64,000 bases of DNA from Oligoflexia bacterium (lineage in GTDB: Bacteria; Bdellovibrionota; UBA1018): the NCBI GenBank assembly GCA_963758495.1, contig CAVWVI010000004.1, positions 160,001-224,000 of the forward strand. Direction: 5' to 3'. Position numbers and translations under genes: made by a program. Below, piece after piece: positions 59,914 through 64,000 of this stretch; the stretch's first letter is position 1, and the number at the start of each line of letters is the position of its first letter. Under the pieces are notes generated by a model. The model ran no database searches. It saw only the letters and a program-made list of their open reading frames with translations, and had not been told where the DNA came from.

Positions 59914-62595
59914 ATGTCAACTCATCTACCTTCAAATTTAGACGATCAAACGCCCTTAATGAAACAATACTGGGAACTCAAAGCTCAAGTCCCTAATGCT
60001 CTGCTCTTCTTTAGAATGGGAGACTTCTATGAGCTCTTCGGCGATGACGCAGTCATGGCAGCCAGCCTTCTTGAAATCACGCTAACAAGTCGGGATAAAA
60101 ATAAGGCAAATCCAATGCCCATGGCAGGAGTTCCTTATCACAGCGTACAAGGTTATATTCAAAAGCTGCTCAAATCTGGAAAGAAAGTCGCCATCGGCGA
60201 ACAGATGGAAGATCCAGAATCGATTCAGGGTACGGGCAAAGGTGCGGGTAAAATCGTACGCCGCGAAATTGTAAGGATTCTTACGCCAGGTGTTCAATTC
60301 GATGCTGAAGGCTCTGAAGCCAATTACTTGGCAACCATCACCCCTCATAAAGATCATTTCTGGGTACTTTCATGCTTGGATGCTTCTACCGGCGAAGCCC
60401 TGGTGAGTGCCCCCCTCCCTCTATCTGACCTGTTTAATGAAGTGCGACGCCTTCCCATCCTCCACTTTCTGCACCTCTATCCTCAGTTTGATTTGAATCA
60501 GCTCGGTTTTTCCGACTCTGTTTTAATCGAGAATCTTCCAAAAAATTATCTCTCTCTCGACAAAGCAACAGCAACCCTTAAATCCCATTACGACCTCGAA
60601 AATCTTCATGCCTTTATTGAAAGCGAAGCAGGTTCTCTGGCTTTGGGAATTTTAGTGACTTATGCCTTACGTACTCAACATCAAGAGAAGCTCGCTCACC
60701 TCAGACTTCCTGAGCCTCTTCAAAGACCCAAATCTTTGGTTTTGGGTCCCAATACAGCTCAACATCTTGATCTCTTCGATCTTTTTCAGCTCATCAATCG
60801 AACTCGGTGCACTTTAGGCGCAAGGCAACTGAAACGCTGGATGCATGCACCGCTTCGTGGCGCATCAGAAATTGCAGTTCGCCAAGAAGCCGTAAAAGAG
60901 CTCGGATCTCTCTGGACCGGGGTCGGCGAAAAACTTTCAGTTCAACTTTCTCATGTTTATGACATCGAAAGAATCTGTGGACGAATTAACACAAAGCTTG
61001 CCAATCCGAGAGATACTTTAGCATTGGGTCAATCCCTGTCTCGCCTCAAAACACTTGAGAACACCGTATCAGCATGCCAATCTAAACCTCTTACGGAGCT
61101 GAGAGCAAAAATTTCTAAGCTCTTCGAGAATCTGGGGCCCTTAGCTGAAAAAATTATAAAAAATCAGCGAGAAGACGCTCCACTCACCTCAAGAGATGGA
61201 GGAATTTTTAAAGCAGGAACGACCCCTGACTTGGATCACCTTCTCTCTTTGTCAGAAAATGGACAACGCTGGCTAATTGATTTAGAAACTCGGGAGCGTA
61301 CTTCAACAGGAATTTCCTCGCTTAAAGTTCGGTATAATCGAGTCTTTGGATATTATATTGAAATTACCCAGGCTCATTTAAAAAATGTTCCTTCTCATTA
61401 CCAACGAAAACAGACGATGGTTGGTGCCGAGCGTTTCTTTACGGATGAGCTCAAAAAATTCGAAGAAGAAATTCTCACCGCTTCAACAAAGCTCAAGTCC
61501 ATGGAGCAGGAACTATTCAATCAGCTCTTGGAAGAAATTCAAACACAGACGACTCAAATCATGGAAGCCGCTCGGGTCTTGGGTGACCTGGATTCGTTAA
61601 CCTCCTTAGCGAACTTATCCCAACAGCCCGGCTGGTGTTTTCCAGAAATTACTGAGTCTTTGGAACTTGAAATTCACGCCGGTCGTCACCCCGTAGTCGA
61701 TCAAGCTAAACGAGGAAGCTTTGTCCCCAATGATTTATTTTTGTCTCCTGATACACGCCTTACTCTGATGGTGACCGGCCCCAATATGGGCGGTAAATCG
61801 ACAGTCATGCGACAGACCGCTCTCATGATTCTTTTAGGTCAAATGGGAGCTCCCGTTCCTGCTCGCCAGGCAAAATGGGGGGCAGTCTCATCCCTCTACA
61901 CTCGCATTGGAGCACAGGATGCCATTGCACGAGGTCAAAGTACATTCATGGTGGAAATGAGTGAGCTTGCTCACATCCTCCACCATGCCGATCAACGATC
62001 TCTGATTATTCTAGATGAGATTGGAAGAGGCACCAGCACTTACGATGGAATTAGCGTCGCTTGGGCGACCTTAGAATGGATCTGCACGAAGATTCGTGCT
62101 CGTACACTTTTTGCGACCCATTATCACGAACTCATTCATTTAAACTCGACTCTTCCTCTCCTTGCCAATGCTCATATGGCAGTAGAAGAAGGTGCGAAAG
62201 GCTCTCAGCAAAAGAGCTTAAGATTCCTTTATGAATTGAGAGAAGGCCCCACAAATGAAAGCTTCGGAATTCATGTTGCTCAACTCGCAGGATTGCCAAA
62301 ACCAGTGACCGACCGAGCGTGGAAAGTTCTCGCTGATTTAGAAGCGCATTCCACCGGCAGTATCCACGCGCTTTCTTCTGATCAACTTTCTTTATTCGGC
62401 GCCCCCACAGCTCGATATGAACCCATACCCGATCCTATTCCAGAACCTCCTCAAGAAGAACCTCACCCCGTTCTTAAAGAGTTAGAGTGTACCAATGTGA
62501 ATGAAATGACTCCTATTCAGGCACTGAACTTTGTCGTAAAATTGCAGACACTGAGGGAAGCAGCTGGCGCGGAAGGAACAGCAATCAGCTCATAA
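59914..62595 (+). CDS. mutS: DNA mismatch repair protein MutS (ORF open from 59872)
   Basis: TPLMKQY, FRMGDFYELF, TGPNMGGKST, STFMVEM, DEIGRGT and ATHYHEL. Confidence 0.97.
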   Translation: MSTHLPSNLDDQTPLMKQYWELKAQVPNALLFFRMGDFYELFGDDAVMAASLLEITLTSRDKNKANPMPMAGVPYHSVQGYIQKLLKSGKKVAIGEQMEDPESIQGTGKGAGKIVRREIVRILTPGVQFDAEGSEANYLATITPHKDHFWVLSCLDASTGEALVSAPLPLSDLFNEVRRLPILHFLHLYPQFDLNQLGFSDSVLIENLPKNYLSLDKATATLKSHYDLENLHAFIESEAGSLALGILVTYALRTQHQEKLAHLRLPEPLQRPKSLVLGPNTAQHLDLFDLFQLINRTRCTLGARQLKRWMHAPLRGASEIAVRQEAVKELGSLWTGVGEKLSVQLSHVYDIERICGRINTKLANPRDTLALGQSLSRLKTLENTVSACQSKPLTELRAKISKLFENLGPLAEKIIKNQREDAPLTSRDGGIFKAGTTPDLDHLLSLSENGQRWLIDLETRERTSTGISSLKVRYNRVFGYYIEITQAHLKNVPSHYQRKQTMVGAERFFTDELKKFEEEILTASTKLKSMEQELFNQLLEEIQTQTTQIMEAARVLGDLDSLTSLANLSQQPGWCFPEITESLELEIHAGRHPVVDQAKRGSFVPNDLFLSPDTRLTLMVTGPNMGGKSTVMRQTALMILLGQMGAPVPARQAKWGAVSSLYTRIGAQDAIARGQSTFMVEMSELAHILHHADQRSLIILDEIGRGTSTYDGISVAWATLEWICTKIRARTLFATHYHELIHLNSTLPLLANAHMAVEEGAKGSQQKSLRFLYELREGPTNESFGIHVAQLAGLPKPVTDRAWKVLADLEAHSTGSIHALSSDQLSLFGAPTARYEPIPDPIPEPPQEEPHPVLKELECTNVNEMTPIQALNFVVKLQTLREAAGAEGTAISS

Positions 62596-62743
62596 GCTAT
62601 TTTATTGAGGCGCTGAGGTAGAGAACAATGACATCAATTAATTCGATTCACCATTAAAGTGTTAAAGTGTAGTTAATTTCATCTTTCGTTGACACGGTAA
62701 GTCAACTTTAGTAAGATCTCCAAACTCTGGAGATAGAATTTTT

Positions 62744-63811
62744 ATGTTCAAGCAAAGTTTTTTTATAGCACTTATAACTGGAATCATGAGTTGTCAATGG
62801 CTCGCAACGACCGCGTGTTATGCGGGAAATGATGAAAGTAATTCGCAAAATTCTCACTCTTTACCTCGTTCTTCAAAAGAAACGAGCTTGGACTCTAGTC
62901 AGTTATATCTTCAGATACTTCATGAAAATGCACTTAAAGCTTCCAAACTCTCTTGCGAGACTATCGAAGCTTTAAAGCCTATCGCAGATCAATTGAACTA
63001 TCCGCCCTCTCAAGTGGCTTTAGGTAGACTTTTACATTGGAATAATAATGATATCGTTAACGCAGAAAAATATTATCAGAAAGCCGCTGATGAACATGGC
63101 TTTGCACCAGCCATGTTTAGGCTCTCCTTTTTCTATATAATGAAAGGCCAAGTGATAAAGGCCGAAGAGTATCTTAAAAAAGCGGCGGCACTCAATCACC
63201 TTCGATCTAAGACCGCACTTGCTGATATGTATATATTGGAAGGACGCCTTAAAGAAGCTGAGGTGCTTTATCGAGAAGTTGCGAATCAACCGAATGACTC
63301 GGAAGATAGTGCTATCGAAGCTCAAATTAAATTGGGTATTTTCCTTGAAAATTTAGGACGACTGAAAGGAGCTGAGAAATTCCTCAGAAAAGCTGCAGAT
63401 GAAAATCAACATAAAGGAGCCTATTATTTTCTTAAAGAATTTCTGATTCTCTATAACCGTCCTGAGGAAGCTAAATTATATGACTCTGATTGGTGGGCAG
63501 ACACTTGGGGAGAAGACTTAACAGTTCGATATATCAAACCTGCTTTTTTCAAGAACCTAAAATCCCATGCTCCAATCTGGTGGTTTGCTGAACTTCGCCT
63601 AGGAATGATCTTTAAAAACTGGGGTAAAAATAAAGTCTCTGAAAGATACTTAAGAGAAGCATATTTCAATGGAACTGCTCGCCCATTTCTAGAGATTTAT
63701 TTAAAAAGAATAGGTGAGAAACGAGACATGCTATATAATCTAGTATCTTCCGATAAGCAAAACTCGACTGCAGATATTAATAAAACATTAAAATTAACTT
63801 CTAAGCTTTGA
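62744..63811 (+). CDS. Secreted Sel1-like/TPR repeat protein
   Basis: Signal peptide and repeated AEKYYQKAA / AEEYLKKAA / AEKFLRKAA units. Confidence 0.8.
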   Translation: MFKQSFFIALITGIMSCQWLATTACYAGNDESNSQNSHSLPRSSKETSLDSSQLYLQILHENALKASKLSCETIEALKPIADQLNYPPSQVALGRLLHWNNNDIVNAEKYYQKAADEHGFAPAMFRLSFFYIMKGQVIKAEEYLKKAAALNHLRSKTALADMYILEGRLKEAEVLYREVANQPNDSEDSAIEAQIKLGIFLENLGRLKGAEKFLRKAADENQHKGAYYFLKEFLILYNRPEEAKLYDSDWWADTWGEDLTVRYIKPAFFKNLKSHAPIWWFAELRLGMIFKNWGKNKVSERYLREAYFNGTARPFLEIYLKRIGEKRDMLYNLVSSDKQNSTADINKTLKLTSKL

Positions 63812-63892
63812 ATAATTAATATTCTATTTATCTGGAGTATCACCATTTGTTACAAGTAACTTTCGCTAAAGACAGCTGGAGATAGAATCTTT

Positions 63893-64000
63893 ATGTTCAA
63901 GCAAAGTTTTTTTATAGCACTTATAACTGGAATCATGAGTTGTCAATGGCTCGCAACGACCGCATCCTATGCGGGAAATGATGAAAGTAATTCGCAAAAT
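63893..64000 (+). CDS. Tandem paralogue of 62744..63811, 5' end only
   Basis: 63876-64000 matches 62727-62851 at all but 4 positions; MFKQSFFIALITGIMSCQWLATTASYAGNDESNSQN... Confidence 0.8.
   Translation, partial: MFKQSFFIALITGIMSCQWLATTASYAGNDESNSQN

Noticed and set aside
41011..63669. Numerous short antisense or alternate-frame ORFs inside housekeeping genes
   Set aside because: Fully overlap well-supported genes and show no recognisable motifs.

Overview
Bacterial chromosomal window. The gene style and content suggest a Bdellovibrionota/Oligoflexia-like organism, which is an inference only. The right half (38-62.6 kb) is mostly housekeeping: tRNA-Gln(CUG), gltX, rimP-nusA-infB-rbfA-truB, hflX, suhB, kdsD, pyk and mutS. 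The left half (1-38 kb) is accessory. It holds secreted-protein operons, signalling genes, toxin-antitoxin pairs and remnants, a REP-associated (RAYT-type) tyrosine transposase and a dispersed intergenic repeat family. The most striking structure is two inverted copies (8390-9058 and 12692-13438) of a transposase-free module of about 0.7 kb. Each copy consists of a 14-bp tandem array, a conserved structured leader whose hairpin covers the ribosome-binding site, a four-helix-bundle (23S-IVP/Avd-like) gene and a 3' hairpin. The two copies bracket a 3.6-kb operon encoding a signal-peptide-bearing PT-TG polymorphic toxin, its probable immunity gene, two secreted partners and a small outer-membrane protein. 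Three coding features missing from the ORF track were read directly from the sequence: a 53-aa 4xCxxC microprotein, a HEPN remnant and an MNT remnant. Two further features read from the DNA are a homopolymer-split gene and a tandem paralogue starting at the window end. All family assignments come from motif recognition by eye, and no database searches were run.
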